A DNA stretch of 64,000 bases from an uncultured Candidatus Saccharibacteria bacterium (GCA_964566795.1 CAZMIU010000001.1:479090-543089), one strand, 5' to 3'. Positions 1 to 9,022 are shown, counted from the stretch's first letter. Made by a program: numbers and translations. Notes: generated by a model not told the origin, from the letters alone.

Positions 1-678
1 GTCTACCCTAGCGTAGAGCTCCCCCATGACTGGAAGAGCATAGGCAAAGAGGTGCAGCTCGAGGCAGCCGAGCCCGCGACCCAGGAGGAGGTCGAGAAGA
101 CCTTGGAGGATTTGCGCCAGAGCAGAAGGGCACCTTCTGCAGAGGGTGCAGAAGGTGCCCTTCCGGATATAAACGATGAGTTTGCCAAGAGCCTAGGCGC
201 ATTTGAGAACGTAGCTTCACTGCGCGAGCAGATCTCCAAGGGCATTGGCGATGAGAAGGCCAGGCAGGCACGCGACAAGCGCCGCAGCAAGATAATCGAG
301 GCTCTGCTTGAGAAGTCGGCTCTCGAGGTCCCTCCCATATTTATCGAAAGCGAGCTGCAGAAGATCATGGCACAAATGAGCGAGGATATCGGCCGCCTGG
401 GCATGAGCATGGACGACTACCTTAAGCGCATGCAAAAGACCGAGGACGATATTAAAAACGAGTTCCGCGACCAGGCACGCAAGCGCGCCAAGCTCCAGCT
501 CTTGTTAAACAAAATTGCCGAGGAGGAAAAGGTGGTCGCGAGTGAGGAGGCCGTGGAGGGCGAGATTAAGCACGCGCTCGAGCACTTCCCCGATGCCAAG
601 CCCGACCTGGTGCGCATCCACATAGAGACGGTCCTGCGCAACGAGCAGGTGCTCAAACTGCTCGAAGAAAGCAAGTAA
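1..678 (+). CDS. tig: trigger factor, C-terminal portion (5' end cut by window edge)
   Basis: Frame is open to base 1. C-terminal trigger-factor-like sequence. Directly upstream of clpP, as in tig-clpP operons. Confidence 0.8.
   Translation, partial: VYPSVELPHDWKSIGKEVQLEAAEPATQEEVEKTLEDLRQSRRAPSAEGAEGALPDINDEFAKSLGAFENVASLREQISKGIGDEKARQARDKRRSKIIEALLEKSALEVPPIFIESELQKIMAQMSEDIGRLGMSMDDYLKRMQKTEDDIKNEFRDQARKRAKLQLLLNKIAEEEKVVASEEAVEGEIKHALEHFPDAKPDLVRIHIETVLRNEQVLKLLEESK
124..163. repeat. Palindromic element copy 1: 17-nt inverted arms gaagggcaccttctgca / tgcagaaggtgcccttc with a 5-nt spacer, inside tig
   Basis: Seen directly in the sequence. The same arms recur at 25750..25787. Confidence 0.7.
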
Positions 679-771
679 AGCACATCGCGCCCACAAGGCG
701 CGATTTTGCAAAAGAAAAGGACCCAGATGCCGTGAGGCAGAGCTGGATCCTTAAAAGCGCCCGAAGGTGCT

Positions 772-939
772 TTACGAACGTCTTATCGTAGGCACTCCCC
801 ACTTGTTGATGGCGGCCAAAGCCACCAATCCCCAACCCAGCGCCACAATAGTGACAACTGGTAACGTTACCGGCGCGTACGAAAGCGCGGCGGCGAACGA
901 GATGAAGAGTGCAAGGATCAGCGACAAGATGAACATCAT
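772..939 (-). CDS. small hydrophobic membrane protein (55 aa)
   Basis: ATGATG start preceded by an SD-like ggagg. Two predicted TM helices. The rest of the long antisense ORF 772..1689 overlaps clpP and is rejected. Confidence 0.4.
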   Translation of the reverse strand: MMFILSLILALFISFAAALSYAPVTLPVVTIVALGWGLVALAAINKWGVPTIRRS

Positions 940-1095
940 GGTAACCTCCTGTGAGTTCTCGCGATAACCCTCGCGAAACGGGAAAGAACAATCTCTTGCT
1001 CTTTTTTTGAGTGGAGATGCAAGTGAGAGAACCACTTGCCCTGTGGTGCTAGTATGACGCTTGAAAGTTGAGCCGTCAACGGGTATGCTGTGCGC

Positions 1096-1725
1096 ATGCA
1101 AAACCCTATCCACAACCAGCTGGTGCCCATGGTGGTAGAGAAGACGCCGTACGGCGAGCGTGCCTTTGATATCTTTAGCCGCCTGCTTAAGGAGCGCATT
1201 ATCTTTTTGACCGGCCCCGTAGAGGACCACATGGCCAACCTCATCATTGCGCAGATGCTCTTTTTGGAGAGCGAGGATCCTAAGAAGGATATCTATCTCT
1301 ATATCAACTCCCCTGGCGGCTCTGTCTCGGCCGGGCTCGCAATCCTCGACACCATGAACCACGTTAAGCCCGACGTGGCTACCGTGTGTGTGGGCATGGC
1401 AGCCTCTGCAGCGGCAGTTATCCTCGCGGCTGGAGAGAAGGGCAAGCGCTTTGCGCTCCCTAACTCCGAGGTGATGATCCACCAGCCATGGGGCGGCGCG
1501 CAGGGCCAGGCTACCGACATCGAGATTACAGCCAAGCACATTTTGGCCACCCGCGACCGCCTCAACAAGATACTCTCCAAGGCTACCGGCCAGTCGCTTG
1601 AAAGAATAGAGAAGGACGTAGACCGGGACTACTTTATGATGGCCGACGAAGCCAAAAAGTATGGCCTCATAGACGCCATCTTTACCCAAAAAGGCCTGGG
1701 CACCCCCACCGCCAGCAAGAAATAG
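1096..1725 (+). CDS. clpP: ATP-dependent Clp protease proteolytic subunit
   Basis: Full-length ClpP similarity ([18 protein letters not shown], catalytic Ser/His region). ATG at 1096; alternative starts are GTG 1090 or ATG 1129. Confidence 0.93.
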   Translation: MQNPIHNQLVPMVVEKTPYGERAFDIFSRLLKERIIFLTGPVEDHMANLIIAQMLFLESEDPKKDIYLYINSPGGSVSAGLAILDTMNHVKPDVATVCVGMAASAAAVILAAGEKGKRFALPNSEVMIHQPWGGAQGQATDIEITAKHILATRDRLNKILSKATGQSLERIEKDVDRDYFMMADEAKKYGLIDAIFTQKGLGTPTASKK

Positions 1726-1832
1726 CCCCTAAACCCCGCCCCTTGGGCGGGGTTTTTGGTTGCGTTGCGGCCTTTTGCGTACATGCTATTCTGAGGCTGT
1801 GCATTTCACTACAAAATTCATGAACGCTTTCT

Positions 1833-3362
1833 ATGTCATTAAAACTACTGTTTACCCTCCTGGCTCTCGCGGCCTTAGGGGGAGCCGTGCTGGGCTTTGT
1901 CCTGCGCTGGCTCTTGGTGCTCGCTCGTAAAGGCTCAATAGAAATAGAGGTAAAGCAAATTCTCCTAGACGCAAACGTACAGGCCCAAAAGATAACCGAA
2001 GAGGCCGACACCAAAGCCAAGGAGGTGGTAGCCGCTGCCGAGGCAACCCTAGCCGAGAAGGAGGAGAAGGTAACCCGCGCGGAGGAGCGTGTCTTTAAAC
2101 GTGAAGAGGCTCTGGACAAAAGCCGAGCCGAGCTCGAGGCAGAGGTTGCCGCTGTTAAGGCAAAGATAGAGGACGTACGCGCCATTAAGGAGCGCGCCGA
2201 AGCTCTTTTGGCCGAGCGCCAGGGCGAGCTGTCTAAGGTTGCCGGGCTTACCGCCGAGGAGGCCAGACAGCAGCTTATGGCCGAGGTAGAGCGCGCATCT
2301 GCAGAGGACCTTATGATGCGTGCAGCCAAGCTAGACCGCGACGGCCACGAGAGGCTCGAGCGCAAAGCGCGCGACATTTTGACCACCGCCATACACCGCC
2401 TGGGCAACTCTGTGGCCTCCGACACGATGGCCACTGCCATCACGATCCCCAACGACGAGCTCAAGGGCAAAATTATCGGCAAAGAGGGCCGCAACATTAA
2501 GGCGTTCGAGCGCGCCACTGGGGTTGAGGTAATCATCGACGACACACCGGGTTCTATCGTGCTCTCAAGCTACGACCCGCTGCGCCGCGCTATTGCGCGC
2601 ATGGCGCTGGAGAACCTTATTGTCGATGGTCGCATCCAGCCTGCCAAGATTGAGGAGACCGTGGAGAAGGCGCGCAACGACGTTAACAAAATTATTAAGG
2701 AGAAGGCCGACGCAGCCGCATTTGAGGCCGGCGTACTTAATCTCGACCCTAAGCTCCTCATGATATTGGGCCGCCTCCACTTCCGCACCAGCTACGGGCA
2801 GTCCGTGCTGCAGCACTCGGTTGAGATGGCGCATATTGCCGGCATGCTCGCAGAGGAGCTTGGGGCGAATCCTCAGGTGGCGCGCGCGGGTGCGCTTTTG
2901 CACGACATTGGCAAGGCCCTAGACCACGAGGTGCAGGGCACACATGTAGAAATTGGCCGCAGGGTACTGCAGAAGTTTGGCGTGCACGAGGATGTTATTA
3001 AGGCCATGCAGGCCCACCACGAGGAGTACCCGTACGAGACGCTTGAGAGCTACATCGTGCAGGTGGCCGACGCCATATCGGGTGGCCGCCCCGGTGCGCG
3101 CCGCGACTCTGTGGAGCAGTACATCAAGCGCCTCCAGGACATCGAGGGCATTGCCAACTCCTTCCCCGGTGTCGAGAAGTCGTTTGCTATATCGGCCGGC
3201 CGCGAGGTGCGGGTGTTTGTAAAGCCCGATGAGATGAGCGACTTCCAGGCGCGCGAGCTTGCCCGCAACGTGGCACTGCGTATTGAGAACGAGCTTAAGT
3301 ACCCGGGCGAGATAAAAGTAAACGTCATCCGCGAAACCCGCGCAATCGAGTTTGCCCGGTAA
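1833..3362 (+). CDS. rny: ribonuclease Y (N-terminal TM, KH and HD domains)
   Basis: N-terminal TM helix, coiled-coil, KH and HD domain motifs (LHDIGKA). Confidence 0.92.
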   Translation: MSLKLLFTLLALAALGGAVLGFVLRWLLVLARKGSIEIEVKQILLDANVQAQKITEEADTKAKEVVAAAEATLAEKEEKVTRAEERVFKREEALDKSRAELEAEVAAVKAKIEDVRAIKERAEALLAERQGELSKVAGLTAEEARQQLMAEVERASAEDLMMRAAKLDRDGHERLERKARDILTTAIHRLGNSVASDTMATAITIPNDELKGKIIGKEGRNIKAFERATGVEVIIDDTPGSIVLSSYDPLRRAIARMALENLIVDGRIQPAKIEETVEKARNDVNKIIKEKADAAAFEAGVLNLDPKLLMILGRLHFRTSYGQSVLQHSVEMAHIAGMLAEELGANPQVARAGALLHDIGKALDHEVQGTHVEIGRRVLQKFGVHEDVIKAMQAHHEEYPYETLESYIVQVADAISGGRPGARRDSVEQYIKRLQDIEGIANSFPGVEKSFAISAGREVRVFVKPDEMSDFQARELARNVALRIENELKYPGEIKVNVIRETRAIEFAR

Positions 3363-3380
3363 AATTGTGAAAAGAAAAAA

Positions 3381-3408
3381 CCGCCGCGAAACCTCGCGGC
3401 GGTTTTGT
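3381..3408 (+). terminator. rho-independent terminator after rny
   Basis: GC hairpin ccgccgcgaaacctcgcggcgg followed by TTTT. Confidence 0.7.
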
Positions 3409-3574
3409 TATGCGAGTATCATGTAAACACCCTACCCAGCAATCTGACGTACCCCCTCCCCCATCGCGTATACCGAAAGAACAGAAACGCTGCAGCAAAA
3501 CCATAAGCGATTGCAAAATATTCCATCTGTCACTCCCACTGTTGATGTACGTCTCGATGAGAATTCGATTTGAA

Positions 3575-3610
3575 TCAAATTCTCAATAGAGGGGAGGAAT
3601 TGCTTCCTCC
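3575..3610. repeat. Cassette-boundary repeat copy A: conserved motif tcaaattctcaatagaggggag plus hairpin ggaggaa-ttgc-ttcctcc, just 3' of the - strand gene 3618..4037
   Basis: 21/23 nt identical to the copy at 4090..4111. Both are followed by a different but compensatory hairpin. Flanking similarity extends about 60 nt. Confidence 0.6.
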
Positions 3611-3617
3611 CGAGTTT

Positions 3618-4037
3618 TTACTCCCCCTCCTTTACTGCAATCAGAGTAAGGTTTGGATTGTCGCGCTGAAACTCTGCAGCTTCTTGCAGAGAGTTAAACG
3701 GGCCGAATCTCGCCGCGTAGAGGCGCACGCTAGAGAAATCCCCTTTGTCATGCACCCAGCCAAGCCAGTATTTAGAGAAGTGCTTAGCTTCATACTCCCT
3801 GCCCGCTTGGAATGCCTTGCCCATCATCCTCTCCAACAACGGAGACCTGGAGTCTGGCCCCGTGTAGACATCCATACTGAGCGCAGCAAAGAGTAGATTT
3901 GTTATATCTTCGTCCCACTGGTCAAGATACGGGCCGAAATCCTCCGACGCCAGGATTAGATTGACGTCATTCTCCTCCACCTCCTCGTCCCGTTCTGGTA
4001 GCACGCAACAGTGATCGAAGTAATAGTAGAACCACAT
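3618..4037 (-). CDS. hypothetical acidic protein (139 aa)
   Basis: Strong SD AGGAGGGGG 5 nt before ATG. Low-GC region. No recognisable domain. Confidence 0.6.
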   Translation of the reverse strand: MWFYYYFDHCCVLPERDEEVEENDVNLILASEDFGPYLDQWDEDITNLLFAALSMDVYTGPDSRSPLLERMMGKAFQAGREYEAKHFSKYWLGWVHDKGDFSSVRLYAARFGPFNSLQEAAEFQRDNPNLTLIAVKEGE

Positions 4038-4089
4038 AGCCCCCTCCTATTTGTGTGAATGTACTTCTAAATGAAAATCCGAAAGCGTT

Positions 4090-4129
4090 TCAGATTCTCA
4101 ATAGAGAGGAGAAGCGCGTGCGCTTCTCC
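4090..4129. repeat. Cassette-boundary repeat copy B: motif tcagattctcaatagagaggag plus hairpin ggagaagcg-cgtg-cgcttctcc, just 3' of the - strand gene 4136..4477
   Basis: See copy A. The hairpin starts 6 nt after the stop codon, the same layout as copy A. Confidence 0.6.
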
Positions 4130-4135
4130 AAAGTT

Positions 4136-4477
4136 TTAGTCGTCCCTACAGTCATCCCTCCAGTCGTCCTCGAAGAGCTCATCGAGCTCGCCAGGATCGG
4201 GATTGGGGTCGTGGTCGTCGGGGTCGTCTTCCACGAAAGGCCAATCAGGATGTGCGTAGCGCAGTTTCTCTCCGTTTGGAAAGAATTCGCGCTGCGCCTC
4301 TCCGAGCTGGCGGTTCAGTTCCCTGACCAGGGGGTTGGACGGTACCTCATGGTCATAGAATTTGGACTCTATGTCATCCATAAGGAATACGACACTCGTA
4401 ATGAAGTCGTCCTCGGTTGTGCTAGCAATCGCCACCCATTTAAGGATGAGATAGGCGTAGCGGTCGTAGTCAATCAT
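4136..4477 (-). CDS. hypothetical highly acidic protein (113 aa, D/E/P-rich C-terminal tail)
   Basis: Strong SD AGGAGGGGACC before ATG. Start context nearly identical to that of 3618..4037. Confidence 0.6.
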   Translation of the reverse strand: MIDYDRYAYLILKWVAIASTTEDDFITSVVFLMDDIESKFYDHEVPSNPLVRELNRQLGEAQREFFPNGEKLRYAHPDWPFVEDDPDDHDPNPDPGELDELFEDDWRDDCRDD

Positions 4478-4661
4478 GGTCCCCTCCTAGGGTTGGCCTG
4501 TGGGCCTTGTGGATGATCGTAACTGACAACATTATGCCTTGTTTGGCAAGTCTAGTCAAAAACTAGGGTTACAAAAGACCAAAATACCCTTGTTTTACAA
4601 GCGTATTCTAAAGGTAGTCAAAATACTTGACCAAAAGGGGCGTTTGGCATATCCTGTAGCT

Positions 4662-5420
4662 ATGGAGCAACCCAACGCCGACCTGGCCAAAAACCTAGAG
4701 CAAATAGGCCTCTCCCCCAAGGAGGCCCAGGTCTACCTGGCTCTTTTGGGCCTTGAGAGCTCTACCGCCTACGAGATAGCCCAGCACTGTGAGGTTAAAA
4801 AGCCCACCGTATACGTAATTTTGGAGGATTTGCGCCAAAAAGGGCTTGTTTTAAAGGTCCCCCACCCCCGCAAGGCCATATTTGCCGCCCGGGACTTGGG
4901 CGAGTACCTGCTAGAGCAAAGAGGCAAGCTCAACGCCGTGCAGTCTATGATGCCGCGCCTTATGAGCTTGGGCGGCAAAAACAAGCCTAAAGTGTACTTT
5001 TACAGCGGGATGAGGGGCTTTACCGAGGCGATGAACTATAAGTTTGACTCTATGCGCGGCAAAACCTACTACTCGTTTTATGGCAACTCTAAGGACGCAG
5101 ACCGCCGGGTGGTAGAGCTTTTTAACCGCTGGACCCCAGAGGCGGTAGCCTCGGACATCTCCTTTAGGATAATTATGCCTAAGACGCAGGTTTTGACAGA
5201 CGACTACCCCGAGCTCCAGAGCTTAAACGAGACAAAAGACCATGTAGAGATAAAATACATGTCCGAGTACGAGCAGGAGAGCAATCTCTCTATAGAGATA
5301 GCCGAGACGTTTGTGCGTATAGACGACTCCAAGCATGTAACAGCGACAATAATAGACGACCTGGCCACGGCGCAGGCCATGCGGCATATCTTTGACATTG
5401 TCTGGCACAAGGGCGTATAG
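4662..5420 (+). CDS. TrmB-family HTH transcriptional regulator
   Basis: N-terminal winged HTH (LSPKEAQVYLALL...STAYEIAQ...KPTVYVILEDLRQKGLV) typical of the TrmB family. The ATG at 4662 is chosen over the upstream extension of the ORF. Confidence 0.7.
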   Translation: MEQPNADLAKNLEQIGLSPKEAQVYLALLGLESSTAYEIAQHCEVKKPTVYVILEDLRQKGLVLKVPHPRKAIFAARDLGEYLLEQRGKLNAVQSMMPRLMSLGGKNKPKVYFYSGMRGFTEAMNYKFDSMRGKTYYSFYGNSKDADRRVVELFNRWTPEAVASDISFRIIMPKTQVLTDDYPELQSLNETKDHVEIKYMSEYEQESNLSIEIAETFVRIDDSKHVTATIIDDLATAQAMRHIFDIVWHKGV

Positions 5421-5455
5421 TGCCCGGCGAAGAGTTCTAGCTATAGGAGGGCCGC

Positions 5456-5839
5456 ATGGCCATATCTAAAGTCTTTGCCGTTTGCCTTGGCGATGCAGCT
5501 TCAATTAGCAAAGGGCAATTGCTCGAGGAGTATTTGAAGTACCACCCCCACTTCAGGTTGTGGTTTTTCAAGCCCGAGCCGGGCAAGCAGAATCTCGAGA
5601 ATATGGCTCTGCGCTTGGCCCGCATAGCCAAGGACGCCGACATACTTATCGCTGTGCAGGGATCGACGCACCCAATAGAAGGAGTGCCGGCCGACGAGGT
5701 GCATATGTACATCAAGGGCTATGAAAGGAGTCACTTTGTCGAGTTTTATCCGACGGAAGGGAGCAATCCTCCCCACAAGGAACTCGCAAAGGACCTCGCC
5801 TTGCTGTCGTTTGCACGGTTGCATATGCGCATGCAGTGA
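5456..5839 (+). CDS. hypothetical protein (127 aa)
   Basis: Perfect SD AGGAGG 5 nt upstream of ATG. Followed by a strong terminator. Confidence 0.6.
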   Translation: MAISKVFAVCLGDAASISKGQLLEEYLKYHPHFRLWFFKPEPGKQNLENMALRLARIAKDADILIAVQGSTHPIEGVPADEVHMYIKGYERSHFVEFYPTEGSNPPHKELAKDLALLSFARLHMRMQ

Positions 5840-5848
5840 CACGCTGAG

Positions 5849-5878
5849 CGCCGCCCGGTCTGGGCGGCGCTTTTTTTG
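5849..5878 (+). terminator. rho-independent terminator
   Basis: gcgccgcccggtctgggcggcgc followed by TTTTTTT. Confidence 0.8.
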
Positions 5879-5996
5879 ACACTTTTTGATATTTTGTCTA
5901 TCCCCGGCCACTGTATTGCACCGTTTTATGAGGGGGGTATACTAGCGGCGCAGGGCAAACTTCCATTTATTAGCCTTACTTAAGCATATTCTAGGT

Positions 5997-6269
5997 ATGA
6001 ATAAGCAAGATATCGCGGAAAAAGTGCATGGTGTCCTTGGGACAACCAAGGCAGATGCCGAGCGCGCTGTCGAGACAATGATTGATGCAATCGTTGCCGA
6101 GCTCAAGCGCGGCGGCGAGGTCTCGGTAGCCGGTCTTGGTATCTTTAAGACCAAGATGCGCGCTGCCCGCCAGGCACGCAACCCGCGCACGGGTGCAACT
6201 GTGCAGGTACCCGCCATGCGCGTCCCCAAGTTCCAGCCTGCAAAGGCACTGAAGGAAGCAGTTAAGTAG
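5997..6269 (+). CDS. hup: DNA-binding protein HU
   Basis: Full HU/IHF-family signature (GxGxFxxxxRxARxGRNPxTGxxxxI). Confidence 0.93.
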   Translation: MNKQDIAEKVHGVLGTTKADAERAVETMIDAIVAELKRGGEVSVAGLGIFKTKMRAARQARNPRTGATVQVPAMRVPKFQPAKALKEAVK

Positions 6270-6283
6270 TATCCTCTCGAAAG

Positions 6284-6313
6284 AAAAGGCCCCGAGCAAT
6301 CGGGGCTTTTTCT
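6284..6313. terminator. bidirectional intrinsic terminator (hup on +, DUF3298 gene on -)
   Basis: ggccccgagcaatcggggc flanked by an A-run and a T-run. Confidence 0.7.
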
Positions 6314-6314
6314 T

Positions 6315-7112
6315 TTACTTATTCATCTCACTCAGCGGGAGGCGGACCTCAAAGGAGCCGGCCGCGTAGGCTGCCACCTGGTAGGGCGGGATGAGTATAA
6401 GGAGGTCTCCGTCGTCGAGAGCAAAGTTCTTAAAGTTTTCCTCCTTGGCGGCCAAGCCCTCGGCAAATATAGAGCCCGTAACATCTGCGCCCTCGTCGCC
6501 TTCTGGCAATGAGGCGGCCAGCCGCTGTTTAAGTTGTGCAGTTATATCCTGCGACACCAATAGCGAGAGCTCCTCAAGCCAGTTGGGGTTTTTGCTTAGC
6601 ACATCACCCAGCGAGAGCTGCGTGCCATCCTGACCAAACGTATAGGTGAGGTAGAAGGTGTTGGGGTGCGCACCCAGCGTGTCTGCGTACACCTGATACA
6701 CATAGGAGATGGTGGAGGTAGAGGTATAGCGCCTGTACTCCATGTCGAGTGCGTACTTACGCTCGCCATTTAGCCCCTGTATCCGCGCGTCCTCTGCAGT
6801 AAGGAGGTCGAGATTGCTGTCGTTTTTAAACTTGGCGATCTCCCCCGCCAGCCCCTGTTCTATGGTGGTGCGCACGCGGGCGTCTGCCGCAGCCTCTAAC
6901 CCCGTGTTGGCCGGGTAGTCGGCCACGATGCGGTAGTAGGGCTTGTCCTCTGAGTATTGATAGTCACCATTGGTGCTCAGTGTGCCGCCCAAAATGTCGC
7001 TCTTGTCTCCTGCCACAGGCGTTGGCGCTGAGGTAAACGAGGCAATGCCGGCAAAAATAAGCCCGAGGACAATCAAAACACAGAGGACAGACAGTATTTG
7101 TTTGGTAGACAT
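6315..7112 (-). CDS. DUF3298/DUF4163 (RsiV-like) domain secreted or membrane-anchored protein
   Basis: N-terminal TM or signal anchor. C-terminal PPYQVAAYAAGSFEVRLPL is typical of DUF3298. ATG at 7110-7112 chosen; the ORF track uses an upstream TTG. Confidence 0.7.
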   Translation of the reverse strand: MSTKQILSVLCVLIVLGLIFAGIASFTSAPTPVAGDKSDILGGTLSTNGDYQYSEDKPYYRIVADYPANTGLEAAADARVRTTIEQGLAGEIAKFKNDSNLDLLTAEDARIQGLNGERKYALDMEYRRYTSTSTISYVYQVYADTLGAHPNTFYLTYTFGQDGTQLSLGDVLSKNPNWLEELSLLVSQDITAQLKQRLAASLPEGDEGADVTGSIFAEGLAAKEENFKNFALDDGDLLILIPPYQVAAYAAGSFEVRLPLSEMNK

Positions 7113-7157
7113 GGGCGTAGTATACAATAATGAGGTTTTAAAGAGTAAAACCTACTA

Positions 7158-7228
7158 GCGGGACTAGTTTAATGGTAGAACATCAGTTTTCCAAACTGAG
7201 AGCGGGAGTTCGATTCTCCCGTCCCGCA
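7158..7228 (+). tRNA. tRNA-Gly (anticodon TCC)
   Basis: Cloverleaf folded by hand: acceptor gcgggac/gtcccgc, anticodon stem tcagt/actga, loop tttccaa, T-loop ttcgatt. No CCA encoded. Confidence 0.8.
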
Positions 7229-8101
7229 CTAGATAGCACTCCACCGGGCAAAGATGCCGGCGGGGAGTAGGCGCTCGCCCTGCTCCTCTGCTATTGCCAA
7301 GTCGCCGTACTCTATACGGCCGCCAAATTTTTTATTTATACTCTCGAGGTTATAGGCAAACGCCAGGGGCGAGTAGCCCGCAGCATAGCCGTTTACAAGC
7401 ACAAACAGCGGGCTGTCGCTCAAAAGCTGCTCGCACAGCCCCATAAGCTCTACAAAGTGCTCGTCAAACTTCCACAGCTCGCCATCTGGCCCGTGGCCAA
7501 AGGCAGGCGGGTCCATCACTATGGCGTCGTACCTGCTCCCACGCTTTATCTCGCGGCGCAAGTATACGAGCACATCCTCCACTATCCAGCGTATAGGGGC
7601 TCCCGCTAGCCCATTAGCCTCGGCATTCTCGCGTGCCCAGGCTACTGCAGTCTTAGAGGCATCTACATGGGTCACCTCGGCCCCCGCTTTGGCAACGGCC
7701 AAGGTGTAGCCGCCTGTATAGCCAAAGAGATTGAGCACTTTAGGGGCAGCCGCAAGGTTCGACCTTGCGGAAATTTGCCGCATAGCCCACTCCCAACCCG
7801 GTACATGCTCGGGGAATACGCCTACATGCTTAAAAGATGTGGGCTTCACTATCATCTTGAGCCCGCCAAGCTCTATCTGCCAGCCTTGAGGCATATTGCC
7901 TGTCCACTTTCCTTCCTCGCCCTGGCGAACATAGTAGCCATCGGCAGACGACCACTCGCCTTCCCTGCCCTTAGGCCATAGAGCCTGCGGGTCCGGCCGG
8001 GCGACCACCTGGTCGCCAAAGCGCTCGAGCTTAGCCTCGCCCCCAGAGTCTATAAGGGCGTACCCGCCCTGTGCCTTGGTAATTAAAGTTATTCTGTCCA
8101 T
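7229..8101 (-). CDS. class I SAM-dependent rRNA methyltransferase (RlmI/RlmK-like)
   Basis: Rossmann SAM motif (VLNLFGYTGGYTLAVA...DASK...VMDPPAF) with an N-terminal PUA-like region. Start trimmed to ATG 8101 because the ORF's upstream extension overlaps tRNA-Pro. Confidence 0.75.
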   Translation of the reverse strand: MDRITLITKAQGGYALIDSGGEAKLERFGDQVVARPDPQALWPKGREGEWSSADGYYVRQGEEGKWTGNMPQGWQIELGGLKMIVKPTSFKHVGVFPEHVPGWEWAMRQISARSNLAAAPKVLNLFGYTGGYTLAVAKAGAEVTHVDASKTAVAWARENAEANGLAGAPIRWIVEDVLVYLRREIKRGSRYDAIVMDPPAFGHGPDGELWKFDEHFVELMGLCEQLLSDSPLFVLVNGYAAGYSPLAFAYNLESINKKFGGRIEYGDLAIAEEQGERLLPAGIFARWSAI

Positions 8102-8108
8102 ACTCTTG

Positions 8109-8182
8109 TGGTCGGGGTGCCCAGAATCGAACTGGGCCATCTTGCTCCCAAAGCAAGCGTACTACCGATATACGACACCCCG
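8109..8182 (-). tRNA. tRNA-Pro (anticodon TGG), CCA encoded
   Basis: Acceptor cggggtg/caccccg, anticodon stem cttgc/gcaag, loop tttggga, T-arm cccag-ttcgatt-ctggg, 3' CCA. Confidence 0.8.
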
Positions 8183-8240
8183 TATAGTTATTTCTACTGT
8201 GTCCTTTATGTCCTTTATCAAGGACATCCTTGGAACACGC

Positions 8241-8648
8241 TTACAATATCATGTTTTCTAGGATTTCCACCCTAGCCCGACGGGTTATAAAGTCTAGATA
8301 TACACAGGCCACGTCTATCTGCCAGTCGGTCGTCTGGGCGACCTTATGGTCTATAAGATAGGTCTGTATAGCCCTATGGAGCCGCTTGAGCTTAGCCGGA
8401 TGGACGTTATCCTCTGGCCTATAGGCAGTTACACGTGAATCCCCTACCCCACTATCCCCTCTAGACGTATCACGTGAAACTGTCTTCACTTCCACAAAAT
8501 AAAGCTTTGACTCCTTTTTAGCCACAATATCTATCTCGCCCCAAGGTTTGAGGTAATTACGCTCAAGGACGCTAAATCCCCTGCCCTTTAGGTATTCACA
8601 GGCTACTTCCTCCCCCGTATCTCCTATAGTCCTCTTGGCTGTTTTCAT
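8241..8648 (-). CDS. yraN: YraN-family (UPF0102) endonuclease
   Basis: GEEVACEYLKGRGFSVLERNYLKPWGEIDIVAKK...FVEVKT matches UPF0102. The internal Met is used; the N-terminal ORF extension is not credible. Confidence 0.75.
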   Translation of the reverse strand: MKTAKRTIGDTGEEVACEYLKGRGFSVLERNYLKPWGEIDIVAKKESKLYFVEVKTVSRDTSRGDSGVGDSRVTAYRPEDNVHPAKLKRLHRAIQTYLIDHKVAQTTDWQIDVACVYLDFITRRARVEILENMIL

Positions 8649-8904
8649 GTGAAATGTTTCATAAGAAACGTATATAGGCCCTAAAAGCCGTCTTTTATGT
8701 CCCCATGTCCCCAAGTTTATCCACAGATATCCCCAGAAAGGTTGAAGGATAAGGGTTTCTAATGCCCTAGGGCTAGCTGTCGTTTTAAAGTCCTTGTGGG
8801 ATAAGGATTTTACTAACCATACTGCGGCTATGCCTAGGATGCCTAGGCATAGCCGCACGTCGTCACAACTATGTAAAAGCTAGCTTTTACTAGCTTGCTG
8901 CTAG

Positions 8905-8974
8905 TGCGGTTAGGGAGAATCGAACTCCCGTCTCGTCCTTGGCAAGGACGCGTTCTACCACTAAACCATAACCG
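8905..8974 (-). tRNA. tRNA-Gly (anticodon GCC)
   Basis: Reverse complement gcggttatggtttagtggtagaacgcgtccttgccaaggacg...ttcgattc...: anticodon stem cgtcc/ggacg, loop ttgccaa. Confidence 0.75.
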
Positions 8975-9022
8975 CTTCGTGAACGACTATAGCATGGATT
9001 TCCTGCTAAGATAAAGCCGTGC

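Noticed and set aside
772-1689. 305-aa ORF on the - strand, antisense to clpP
   Set aside because: Overlaps the well-supported clpP gene over its whole length. Only the last 55 codons (772..939), which have their own SD and ATG and a TM-protein character, are kept.
1682-2545. 287-aa Ser/Ala/Arg-rich ORF antisense to rny
   Set aside because: Low-complexity translation of the GC-rich antisense strand of a confidently assigned gene.
3570-4516. Plus-strand ORFs 3570..3896 and 4055..4516, both starting MN(Q/V)(I/L)LNR
   Set aside because: Their shared N-terminus is just the translated conserved nucleotide motif. They are antisense to two - strand genes that have perfect SD sequences. Kept as a nucleotide repeat, not as coding.
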